Shown here: positions 26,901-37,918 of the stretch, one piece after another
Layout of the letters: the number at the start of each line of letters is the position of its first letter
How positions within the stretch are numbered: position 1 is the stretch's first letter
DNA from: Phoronis australis
Taxonomy: Eukaryota > Animalia > Phoronida
Direction: 5' to 3'
Length of the DNA stretch: 64,000 nt
Assembly: GCA_002633005.1 (NCBI GenBank)
Contig: NMRA01000015.1
Coordinates: 786,297-850,296, forward strand
Position numbers and translations under genes: made by a program
Notes under the pieces: generated by a model
What the model saw: the letters and a program-made list of their open reading frames with translations, nothing else
Told to the model about the DNA's origin: nothing
The model's database searches: none

Positions 26901-29900
26901 GTTGTATTTCATGAACCGCATGAACTTTGTTTAAGCTAACCCATCAAAACTCCAAAATTCTCCAGCATACCACATTTTACATTTACAGCGCTTCAGACGA
27001 GGCGTGGCACTCTTCCGTGAAAACATCCGGGCATGGGTTCTTAATAGTAGACATGTAACAAAGAGCTTTTTTCTTATTTTCAATCGTCGTAAGAGCTGGA
27101 GTTTCCACTGTGGTTATGATACAGGAAATTTAATGGTCCTAGTGTCCATAAATACGACTGGGAGTTTTTAAAGTGATCCGAGCGTAAGTCTATTCATTGG
27201 GTTAATTTCATAAACTTTATAGCCCCATATACTTTTGTCTGAGGATCGAGGTATGGGAAACTATTTTCACTGAAGAAGTTAGATATCCCATCCTCAGCTA
27301 TCGCTTACCTGTAATACGCCTCCTCCAATTCCTTTCTCGTGGAGAAATTCTGTCGGCAGACCTATCATGTTTCCTGAAACGAAGCCACGTGCTATTGATG
27401 ACGTCGACTGATCTATCGTATTTTAAAAACGAAAGCACTTGCTATCGATGGCGCGGCAAAAGTTAAAGCGGTCGCAAACCCACCTCGACAGCTCTGGATT
27501 GACTCCATGAGTTGGCTCTTCACTGCAGGCCATGCGCAGACTGTAGTCTTTAACACCACCCAACTGTCAGTTCATTCCTAACCCAAAAAACCCGTCCCTA
27601 AATGTATCTGGGTGAAGAGCAAGTGAAGATTAATTTAACAGTAATTAGATGTTTTTGGCGGCCAACAGTTGATAGTGGCTTTGAGATTACGAAAGAGTAA
27701 ATCACACTATTCACGGGTGTACAAAAGAATTTCTAATAATCGGACACCTAAATAAACAGGACCGAAACTTTAGAGCCTATCGCAGTTTAGAACAACGGAC
27801 AAACCTATTATGCTTTACTGGATGTGGATGCAGGGTGAAGAAATAGGGTAAATTGCTCAAAATGTGATAAAACATGTTATTTTAGAATCTTGGTGATGCC
27901 TAAGTTTTGTACAGTCTCAGCATCGGTCACAATTCAGGCAGAATAATAAAATTAGCAACACGATATCTGACTGAGAACTCTTTTCAATGGAATGAATATT
28001 TTTAAGACTTCATAGAACTCCATCAAATTGGAAAAACATTTACGAGTAAACGTTGTTAAGAAGCACACGGACATTTTAGCACCTCTTGCTCAGAGTAATA
28101 AGCACTGCCTAACCGGCATGACTGTTTATGAATGTTCCACGTAGCCGGCAAAAAGCGATAAATGCTATGGTTAACTGGTTACCTAACAGCCATTGCCAAG
28201 AGGCCAATTTTTGGCACTAGTTCACCAACCATGACAGAATAGTGTGGTTGCCATGAGAAAGCGATTTCCTGGTAACCGTTGTTATGAAACTGTCCGAAAA
28301 TTTGCCATTCCCTTATAAAAATAATCTTCATAGCCTAAAGTTACAATGTGCAAATTTTCATGCTTTTATCACAATCTAAGCATTTTTTGTCACCGTGTTG
28401 AAAGACAGTAAGATAAGTGATTCGTAGAGCTGAGATGGCAACGGTCCTGTATCATGAAAAGTGTCTAAGAACTCAAAGCATTTAGGTTCTTCGATATTCG
28501 TCAACAAAAATTTTAGACCTCTCCTGCCGCTGGGGTGACATTTTGATTCTTCGCTTTGGTGGGTAAGACATAAGTAGACAGCATGATAGCGTGCAGGTTG
28601 TGCTTAGGCATACGTCGAGCCAATTAAGTTACATGTATATACTACCTCAGACTAAAAACTGTCCTTGCTAATAGATAAAAAGATAAAATTACCTAACCAA
28701 TCGGTAACAACGGCTTCTAGCTCAGTACAAGCTGGACTTGCGGCCTGTGAAGAAAATGCAACATTTCAAGTTAATCATCATTTACGGTATAGTCTGAACT
28801 GGTCGTTTTCTAGTCGATATCGCTCTCGGGAAGTCTGGAAACGGAAATGACGTGTGACGACGTCATGAAATTTGGAACAACCCACTTCAGAGGTCCGTTT
28901 TGTGGCAGGAAGCAAGTCTGGTCGCAGTTAAAGTGCACATTATTAGAAATGCGACGTGTTTTATTGAGAGAGAAAACATTGCAACCGATGTAAAGTTCAC
29001 TTTTTTGCATAGACTCAACGGCAACCTTCACAGGTCACGTTTGAACTGTGTGCAAATTATCGTAGAAGATACGACCGTCTCGGCTAAGACCGGACTTACG
29101 ACATTAAATTAACTTGGGCAGGGGTGTTTTACAAAACACTCCACGATGGAAAGTCCTCTGCGAACACCAAGTTCCAAGAAAATAAGTTAATCAGGTTCCA
29201 TTCAAATGCAAGCGGGACATACTATCAAGAGTATAATGCGGCACTGAAGAATGAATTGAATGAAGCACACATAATCTAGCTTGTGAATTCGAATTCTGCC
29301 CAAACTTAAGTTTTGATAAATTTGTATTGTACTTTATAGTCCGGGAGCCAGGGGACTGAATCTGGATTTGCCGGATAAAGTTTTTTCTTTGCTGTTTCCA
29401 TGCGCGCACCCAGCCTAAAAATGGGGGGCTCAATTTTTTTACAATGTGGACTTTTTACTCAGATTCACGGGGTACGTTCAGAGCTATGAATTTTGCAATC
29501 GCCGAATTTGGGTAGTTCCTGCTTTTTAGTGGACTTTTGTTGCATGATAAATTTGCATAATTAATGCAAATTAAGGCCGACATTATTCAAAATTCTACTT
29601 GTGCTTATAGCTGCGGTACCGAGCACCACAGGTAAACTATAATCATATTTGAACCTATGTTCCTATGCTCAATTAGGTTAATGAAATCAGTTAGCAAGTT
29701 GCACGATAAATTTTCATAATTATGCAAATAAAAGCGGCCGCTATTAAAAGATTCTGTTTCTGCTCGTAACTTTCTTACGAGGGCACTACTCATAGATTAT
29801 TTTGGTATTTGTACTAGTGAATTCATTACATCATAAATATAAACAATTAATTAATAAGTAATTTATTACACTCATCACAAATTCTAGTTTTACCTGCTAC

Positions 29901-32900
29901 CCAGGGTAGATCTAGTAGATGACCAAATTTTTTAATTGCATGAACCTAGGTCAATAACCAATGGAATAGGACACAATCACAAGCTGTTTCAAATGCTAAT
30001 TCAACATTCAGAATGTGAGCACACTGCTGTGTAACACGCACAAAATATTGTGCGGAATAGACACTTGATGCTGCAACTGTGTCTACTTGAATTATATGGA
30101 ATCTGACATTTGCAGCCAAACCTTATCATATTCAGTATACAATAGGGTCGAGTTAAACGCCATCTAGAATTGTAGATGGGGAGAGCGATTTGTTCATGGC
30201 ATCTTTCTTCCATCCGGCATAGTCCTCTGGATCTAGTGCTGGTGACGTTCCACCACGTGACTGACTGGTAAGGGGCTCTGTTCACATTCTCAGTTAATGC
30301 ATCTGTTGTCGATGACAGAGTACACAGTTTGAGGGCGGACATATATTTCTTGCCATTTCTCTTCCCCATACCAGTAGTCTGATTCTCTCCATTCCATAAC
30401 AGGCACACATGCATTTAGTGGCCTGTTTTCTGACATCAGAAAAATGCTCATTAATAGTACCGATGGTTGACAGGTCACGTCCAGCCTTCAATATTTTAAC
30501 GATGGATCCCTTATTCCCTTTCCAGCTCCATAGTAGCATGCCACCGTGTTACACCCCTACTGCGCATGGGCAGGGAGGAGACCTTCACAATGTCATTACG
30601 TGTTTCCACTGTCAAGTTAACGTCTGCGACTTTTTACGCTTACTAGGCGATTTCATGGTTGTGGGGATTGTCCCAAAAACCCCTCGACCCCGACACTCTA
30701 CGATCCGCGGGACCCAAGATCCCTGTCGACCCACGACCAACGACCCACAACTCCCTCGACCCAGTCTACACAAGCTCGACTAGACCTGAACATAGAAAAA
30801 AACGCTGATTTGCAGTACCATCGAGTCTGACTGTGAGCTCAGCTGGCCTTTCCCTGTTTTTTGCAATTAAGAGCGTCGATTCGGCAAGTTTGAAAGCCAA
30901 AACCAGAAGAAAACAATGCGACCAAATCAAATGAAAGACCTACCAACGTTACAAATGTCGTTCCCGGCAAAGTGTAATCGTCTCGTCTGCTCTTCAGTGA
31001 ATGGCAGATTCAAGCTTTTTGGGAGAGTGCGAGGAACCAACGAGAATGTAATTTCATCAGTAAATACAGTTTAAAAAAATAACAAACTGCCAACTAAAAA
31101 GTATCTCGACGTTACATGGAGTATATTGTAAAAGAATATACAACGTGTGGGGTCGAGGGGGTCTTAAAACAATCCTGGTTGTGGTATTTGAAGCTGTTCC
31201 TTGTCACAGTAATGCACACGAAGCACAGATACAATTGTGTCGTCCAAAACAATCAAAATTTGCTAATTTAATATGCACATTTCACGTGCTGCTGCACAAT
31301 AATGGAGCCGGCTTCCTCGTGGGATGTCTCCGGAAAATACCTACTGCCAATGTCCTTGTACTATATTAAGGACCACGGATCTCCAACAGTGATTTCCTAC
31401 TTGTGCTCCTTACGTACTGCTAACCTTTCTCGAAGTCTGATAACTTTGCCTGCTCCATGCTTATTGTTTTTTGTACATTAACTGTTGGAGTAGCCATCCT
31501 GTCACTGCTAATGTTCACTACTGTGTCTTTAAGATGGACCTTAGGATTCAATAGATCGATGCTGGTATCTACTTTTCATATCCCGGGAATGTGCATTAAG
31601 ACGTGACTTACTTTCTTCTGTGCAATAAGTTTCACTACAAGATGCAATGTTATCGCTCTCCATCTATCCAAAACCTGTTTCAGTATTGTAGGACAAATGG
31701 CAACTTGTGTCCACAGCTTAAGAGTCTCGTCTTTGAGGGCAATTCCCTACTATGCCCCCTCCCCCCTTACTTCTGTGTCCGTACTTCACGAATGTGGTGA
31801 CTATAAAGTGATCGCTCCGAGACCCATTCCAGCATTCACACAGGTCATTAAACTAATCTGCGTTTTTCTATGGTGTGTGGGAACGAGGACAATAGGCAAT
31901 ATCTTTTTGGAATTTAAAGTATCGAACTGCTGAGCACACACTACACCAAATATTTTCTTATTTAATCTTCAAAAAAAGATTCTGCAAATTTGCAAGCATC
32001 ATGTTATAACCTGCAAACAGATTTTTTTAAATTCATTGACCACAGAAACATGGGAACAAATACTGATAACTAACCTCTGGTATCTAATCAAACAATTATA
32101 AGCACAAGTAGAATTTTGACTATGGAAGCTTTGTGTACATTATTGATTATGCAAATTCATGATGACCATGAAAGCATGAGATAAAATACGAAAATAATTT
32201 ACGAGTGTAATGCAAGAAATGAAATTATGAGCAGAAACAGCATTTCGAATACTGGTTCTCTTTATTTGTATAAATTATGCAAATTTATCATGCAACAACT
32301 TCCAAACTGATTTCATTAAAGTAAATGTCCAGAGAAATATGGGTGTAAACGTTAAAGTAATTTACTTGGGGTGCCTGGTATTTCAGCAATAAGCAAAAGT
32401 ATAAATTTGAATAATGGCGGCCTCAATTTGCACAGATGCAAATTCACGATGATTTCACCAACAAACGAGCTCCATCAAGTTCATTGACCATGGAAGCATA
32501 GGTGAAAACTTTTATCTAATTGACGATAGGAATATCATGATAGTTCACTTGTGGTGTTTGGTACCGTAGCTTTTAGAGCAAGTATCTCCCAAAAACTTGC
32601 ACTACTAAGTTCTTTGACCACAGAAACATGGGTGAAAACATCAAAATAATCTGCCTACAGTGCTTCGTAAGGAAATTATGTTCAAACATAGAATTTTGCA
32701 TAATGACGGCCTTAATTTGCATATTTAAAAAATGCTCCAGGCTAGCAAACTGTCCTTTTGAAGGCCAACATAGTGTGTAGCAATCCTATATATAATGTAC
32801 ATGTATGTATTTTGAGGGCACATTGTCGTTGAAGATAAACCCAGCGCCGTGGTAAAATTGTAAAAATTGCTACTTGTATCTTATAAAACATATGCATTAT

Positions 32901-35900
32901 GTGGCTATTTTGACTTCAAGTATTTTGATTAAAGCACATTCCGTTTTTTGAAAAATTTCCGGACATGCTTGTTCGGTATCCGAGCTTTCAGAGAAATATG
33001 AAGTTCTCTGTGTAGCCAACTAGTAGCGGCCATACAGTAGCAAAGGGCAACAATAAAAACGCAGGATGATTGGTCTATGAACATGACTGGAATAAGTAGC
33101 CTTTGCAACTATACGGAGAAACATAACATGTAACATCCTCGCTCATTTGGTAAGGGACTGAAGCCTAGAACGACTATCAAGTAAGCACATATGTTTATAC
33201 GTCTGATAGTTCTTGAATCTAGCTGGCTTGGTCACAACTCTTCCTGTACGTGTGGTAATCGGCCAGTGAGTATCCTCAGATGTGCTCCTCGTCAGCGGTG
33301 GTATCAACGTGGATGGTGTATCTGGAAGTCGAGGTATTGCCAACAACTGCAAAGGATAGCAGAGTAGCAGGTGCTTCAGGTGCAGATATTCTGTCTCATC
33401 TCTGGCCTTTCGTAGGTGCTCCCTGGAACGTCATCCATCACGCATCCAAGTGCCTGTTGACCGTGACAGGTTTGTATGTCAAAGTGACTGTTGAGCTTGT
33501 GAATAAATTGGTTATCTTGAGAAGGTCCACCTCAATGAAGAGTACGTATCAAAAAAGAAAAGCAAGTGATGCAATGTCTGAAATGCGCAGGACATGCGCA
33601 GGCCACATAAGCCAGGCATACTGTACAATACTCACGAGAACTATTTTATGTTTAATAGTCCTCCGAAATTTCCTGGGAGAGGTTGCAGAGATTCTTAGCA
33701 GTGTAGGCCGTATTCTTCTACTGTGGGTGCTTGGCATTTGATAGAAGTTAATAATTACAAATAGTGCCCACACACCTTGTCCGGTCATCTCACGTAGCCC
33801 TCTGCTAGCAAAGTAGAAAATACTGATTCTTAAGTTCGACCAAGCTTGGTCATCTAGCTTCCCATCTACTCCGCAAAAGTTCACAGCCGAATTGATTTCA
33901 GTTTCCGCATTTGAAATATTTAGAATAAGTATTTGAGTTGGAAAAAGTCCGTAGCCAGATAGGCCTCATTACTCCGTCTTTCTCACTCGGCATTTAAACG
34001 ATGTTAATGTCCACAGGTAGGGTCTGCAGCCATCACTGTTTCCGCTTGTCCAGCCATCTTCCTTAACCTTCTACACAGGATCAGTAATTGTCCAGAGCAA
34101 GTGTCCACAGCAGAGGTTGATTCCACACACCGCGTGCAAACTCCCTGAAATGAGCATAAAGACGGCAAACGTCCGTAGCTGGATGCGTCTTTGACCTTAA
34201 TGGTTGGTAACTAGTCCAAATTACTGTCCAAACAAAACGTCCAAAATCAGCAATGCGCCCGCTTTTCTGGTCATCTCACTTAACTTTTCACCCAGAAGAA
34301 ATAGTGATTACCCAGAGCAACTCTGGTCGTCTCACTTGCACGTCTGTCCTAATACGGTGAGGGTCCATGTCGAGAACGATTACTTGGTTCACGTGCGTAT
34401 TGACGAAAATGATTAGCCTGGGCCAAGGACTGGGGACAGGTAAGCTTTTCTTTCGCTGTAGGCTACAAAGGTGCGACATTCATCGGGGAGCTAACGAATT
34501 TCTGAAGACATTCTGGGTCAGAAAGTTCTCTTGATCGGCGGACATACGAGCTGTTTGTTGTCTTTGTTCATGGACTTAGGAATGACTATACGTTCTCCAC
34601 GGAGCACGAATCCATCTTGGATAGTTAGCTCGTACCTCTTGTCGAAGTACTGGAGTGCGCCGAGAGGAATGTCCTAACTTAAAGTTTTCTTCAAGGAAAT
34701 GGTTGTGCTAACATATTTTCAGTCCTAAAATGTGACTAGCAATGGTGGAATAATTACTTTACGCGAATATACATTGTAACATACCCAGGAAAAGCCTACG
34801 CAGCCGATGGCGTCAGACAGCATGTCCCCCAAAATAGACGGGTAGGAATTTCCGGCGGGAAAGTACGCGTGGAACTGCGGATGCTGCCAGTGAGTGATCT
34901 GGAATGAGAGATTTTCGAAAATATGAAGTATAGGCTGAAAAGTCAACTTTCTTTAAACGGTAACGAAATCGCATTACGTCAAAGCCAACGAACTCAGGTC
35001 AAAATCGATTTTTTATCTTGCAAAGAGCTGACAGTTCGTTATTGCTGGACACCATATTCCGAGAACTAAATAACGCGCCATGAAAAAGCAATTTAGTGCA
35101 CAGCCTGGTCTCAGTCAATAACCAAGAGTTTGTTATTCGTAGACATCATATTCCGAGAATTAAATAACGCGCTATGACAAGGCAATGTAGCGCACAGCCT
35201 GCTCTCAGTCAATAACTAACCACCAGTTTTTTCCAAGCTAAAATCACACCTATGATGACTCAATTTGAGACCAATTTCGTAACGGTAAGTGGACTGAGGG
35301 TGGATTGTTTTTGTGACGTAAGGGGGCGTTTAATATATCTGCTTAAAGATACTCTATAATGTAAACATTTCGTAACTTTTATTCATGTTGTGTTTGTCTT
35401 GTTTTACAATTAATTCTTATTTTTTCCAAAAGTGGGCTGGAATTCCGCGGGCACATCATTACATATGGCGGCAATTTAGTGATTACCCATAATGCATGAG
35501 TCAACTGCCACACACTAAGGCTGCCATTTCAGGTGGTGGCGTTCCACCAAAAATAAAAATCCAACTAAAAGTGAGATTAAATTCAATTGAGTTTGAAAAT
35601 ATTAGAACTAACATTATTTTGGCTCGAGTTTCGACTGAATCAGCTTGCGTTAAAATCCGTTTTGTGAAGTTTATAACTAAATTGAAGCGGAATGAGTGTC
35701 TTTAAAATTACATAATCACAACACATGGCTCAGAAAAAATATTGTTTTTGTAAATTTTCTGCTTCTTAAGCTAGCTCGCTCAATAGCAGATCACTGGTTA
35801 TCAAATCTCTCTAAAGGCGATATCAGTCATCAACGGCGACTGCCCGAAGAATGTTTTTTGCAAGTCATCCAGGGTCACTCTACACCCACGACCCAGTTTT

Positions 35901-36801
35901 TTACCTAGGTTTCACATGGAGATAAATTTGCTACTTAATGTAATATGATTTTATAATTGAAGGCATCTTTAGTGATCAATGTTTTTAGAACAAGGCAAAT
36001 CAATATGGTTCTTCCATTATGCGGGTTTGGTTTTCGCCGAATTTAGTATCGATATAGGTCTGTTTTTCAAACAACGGTACCAAAGCACATAACTCGTGCA
36101 CAGTTCAGGCCTACCCCACTCGCGGATGCATATTCCCTCTCCCGGACAACTTTTGCCATCTCGCGGACGTAATTCTTTGCTCGATGACGGTAATCAACAA
36201 TGATACCGCACCTTATTCCCCGCTCCTGTCCACATGATTGCCTTTTCAGTTTAAAACGCGAATTCATCTTAACGTTTTAAAATTTTAGGTATATTCGTAT
36301 CATTTTTGTCGATTTCATGTTTCACTGACGCTGTAATACAATTTAAAAAAGTATCGTTTTTCGTTTTGAAAACGTTTTCACGAATACGCATTACCTGTCG
36401 TTTAAAAATTGCGTTCACACGAGCATTGTGAAAATGTCACGGCGTCAGCTGCAAAAACCGTGGTCTAGATGTTCAAACCCAACAAAACAAAACTTTTAAC
36501 TTAATTCATGTATCTGAAGTTATCACTGTGCTCTCAAACATTTTGGTGTTAGAATTATAGCAAATCGGAGTGAAAAAAGTGAAATTAAACAAACATTTAC
36601 CCCTGGCATTATGGCTCTGTCGATGTCTTTGACTATATCTTCCCAGTTCTCGCCTTGCCGAGGCGCCTTGTCAGGCAGTAAATTTCTCAGGTATCCAGGT
36701 GAAACGTTGGGTGTAACCCGTCTCGTGTGTATGTTCTCCATGTAATCAGCAATGAAGTCCACCATTTCTTTTCCTCTTTTACGAAACTCTGACGCGTCCA
36801 T
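17459..36801 (-). CDS. Tdc: Tyrosine decarboxylase (group II PLP-dependent aromatic-L-amino-acid decarboxylase family), 12 coding exons, 570 aa
   Basis: Exons 36801-36601, 34898-34785, 28744-28693, 27373-27309, 26812-26678, 23154-23044, 20802-20608, 20084-20017, 19614-19524, 19398-19300, 18611-18510, 17938-17459 splice in frame (1713 nt). Tdc-type motifs: [49 protein letters not shown]-lysine [17 protein letters not shown]-terminal [12 protein letters not shown]. Confidence 0.9.
18062..18218. mobile_element. MITE (hAT-like CAG termini) in the last Tdc intron
   Basis: TIR caggggtggatcc / gaatccgccactg; flanking 6-bp duplication gaatta (18056-18061, 18219-18224); a related end ggatccgcccctg lies at ~9496-9508. 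Confidence 0.7.
18510..18611 (-). CDS. Tdc: Tdc exon 11
   Basis: [34 protein letters not shown]. Confidence 0.93.
19300..19398 (-). CDS. Tdc: Tdc exon 10
   Basis: [33 protein letters not shown]. Confidence 0.93.
19524..19614 (-). CDS. Tdc: Tdc exon 9 (catalytic loop)
   Basis: [30 protein letters not shown]. Confidence 0.92.
20017..20084 (-). CDS. Tdc: Tdc exon 8 (PLP lysine)
   Basis: [22 protein letters not shown](W). Confidence 0.93.
20608..20802 (-). CDS. Tdc: Tdc exon 7
   Basis: [65 protein letters not shown]. Confidence 0.93.
21576..21920. repeat. 25-bp minisatellite, ~13-14 copies
   Basis: Unit tctcacactctctcttcacattt(c/g)g. Confidence 0.95.
23044..23154 (-). CDS. Tdc: Tdc exon 6
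   Basis: [37 protein letters not shown]. Confidence 0.92.
24704..24838 (-). CDS. Tdc: Tdc exon 5, second (probably allelic) copy
   Basis: Same peptide as 26678-26812; one synonymous TCC/TCT difference seen. Confidence 0.7.
25342..25406 (-). CDS. Tdc: Tdc exon 4, second (probably allelic) copy
   Basis: Identical to 27309-27373, splice sites intact. Confidence 0.7.
26678..26812 (-). CDS. Tdc: Tdc exon 5 (duplicate at 24704-24838)
   Basis: [45 protein letters not shown]. Confidence 0.88.
27309..27373 (-). CDS. Tdc: Tdc exon 4 (duplicate at 25342-25406)
   Basis: (G)[21 protein letters not shown]. Confidence 0.88.
28693..28744 (-). CDS. Tdc: Tdc exon 3
   Basis: [17 protein letters not shown](G). 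Confidence 0.92.
29337..32780 (-). mobile_element. Decayed, internally deleted Academ DNA transposon in Tdc intron 2 (ends approximate)
   Basis: Long imperfect inverted repeats (~29540-29790 vs ~32210-32430). Minus-strand pseudo-ORF 31600-30000 has Academ PIN/H3TH-like and Cys-rich motifs: [64 protein letters not shown]...SC...FCAC, with frameshifts. Confidence 0.75.
30665..31175. mobile_element. MULE/MuDR-like non-autonomous element nested in the Academ pseudo-ORF
   Basis: TIR ggattgtcccaaaaacccctcgacccc / ggggtcgagggggtcttaaaacaatcc; perfect 9-bp TSD tggttgtgg (30656-30664, 31176-31184). Confidence 0.8.
33040..34675 (-). mobile_element. Gypsy LTR retrotransposon remnants (integrase region, pol 3' end, PPT/LTR start)
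   Basis: 34675-34430 reads [29 protein letters not shown]... (Gypsy pre-integrase Zn-finger region). 33260-33200 reads [17 protein letters not shown], a typical pol C-terminus, followed by purine-rich gagcgagga and TGTTAC at ~33135. Confidence 0.7.
34785..34898 (-). CDS. Tdc: Tdc exon 2
   Basis: [38 protein letters not shown]. Confidence 0.93.
35053..35218. repeat. ~94-bp period diverged direct repeat, 2 copies
   Basis: catattccgagaa(c/t)taaataacgcgc...ctcagtcaataac at 35053 and 35147. Confidence 0.8.
36601..36801 (-). CDS. Tdc: Tdc coding exon 1
   Basis: [67 protein letters not shown], then donor gtaaat; an acceptor-like tcctttcatttag ~45 nt upstream of the ATG suggests a further 5' UTR exon. 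Confidence 0.93.
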
Positions 36802-36961
36802 TGTTTTAGTATACTCTAGTGGTACGAATCAGACGACGCTAACAGCTAAATGAAAGGATTATGTGGGCACGTTTTCATGACAATTGACAAGGAAACAAAT
36901 TAGTTCATTAAGTAACCAGCAGTTGATTTGACCCAGGGGGTTCTCTTCTGCTAAAGAAGGG

Positions 36962-37186
36962 CATCCGGAAAACCTCGGGTGTTTTCGAGCCTCAAAAGTC
37001 CCCTCAAATTAAGGTGATCGTAACCTGCGCGCGTGTTGACTTCAGTCACATAACGAGTCATCCCATTTGCCAACAAGAGAGTGATTAGCCTTATGTCTGA
37101 AGTTTACGAAGATAAGATATAGACAGATAACATTGCTCTCCGAGAGAAAATCTGAGGCTACGAAAATACCCGAGGTTCTCAGAATG
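36962..37186. mobile_element. Small MITE upstream of Tdc coding exon 1
   Basis: Imperfect ~35-bp TIR catccggaaaacctcgggtgttttcgagcctca / tgaggctacgaaaatacccgaggttctcagaatg. Confidence 0.6.
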
Positions 37187-37918
37187 AATGAAAGGGTGGG
37201 AGGTGCGACGGCTTATTCCAAAATGCAGACTAACATAATGCTTGGGTAACAGGGAATACTTCAGACAAAATTATGCACAAAACAATGACACGTTCACGCG
37301 ATGATACCCATACATCAACAATTCACACCCAAACAACACCAGAGACAATAGCTGAAGAACGGAAATGCAAATCCAAAATGACGATACGTATCTACTACTG
37401 AAGCCTTTTCTACAGGAGTTACCCCCGGCATGTTATGTGGTCTGAGATGCAATTTTTGAAGATACGTGGAAGTATTTGGTCTTTTATAACACACCCTATA
37501 GCGATGTATCTGACCGAGACAACAATACATATATTCGTAGCTTAGCAAGTTTCGAGATTTGAAGTGCTGAAGTTATGTAACTTTAAACTGAGAATTAATT
37601 ACGTTGTTGTTTAGAATGCTTCAGAGGGTCTAATTACAAAAACCACTTCATTTACCTGATTAGCATTTTATTAGATGGCATTGCAGCCTTGTGATTTTGA
37701 AGAGTTGAGCCGGTGGGTTACATAACTTTGAACTCCCTGCCATATAAACACAAACTGGTCGAATTCTTGAAGCGAAGGGAGACGGCTTGCTTTGCCAATT
37801 TTACAAAAAAAACACACGTTTCGTTCATTGCGTCTCTCTGAATAGAGTTCGAAAATTTTAGCCATCTTCAGATCAAACAACACTTGACTATAAACAGAAG
37901 GCCAATATCTCGATGCAC

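Larger units (their letters stand above)
24588..28728. repeat. Tandem near-identical duplication (24588-26560 and 26562-28728) across a single N; likely uncollapsed haplotypes
   Basis: Copies align end to end with scattered SNPs and a ~206-bp indel (28126-28331 only in copy 2); N at 26561 cuts the exon 3 copy. Confidence 0.85.

Noticed and set aside
24588-28728. Mutually exclusive exons or a second Tdc gene
   Set aside because: The junction is exactly an N, introns are ~98% identical, peptides are identical, and the same pattern recurs at N53500 and N58147
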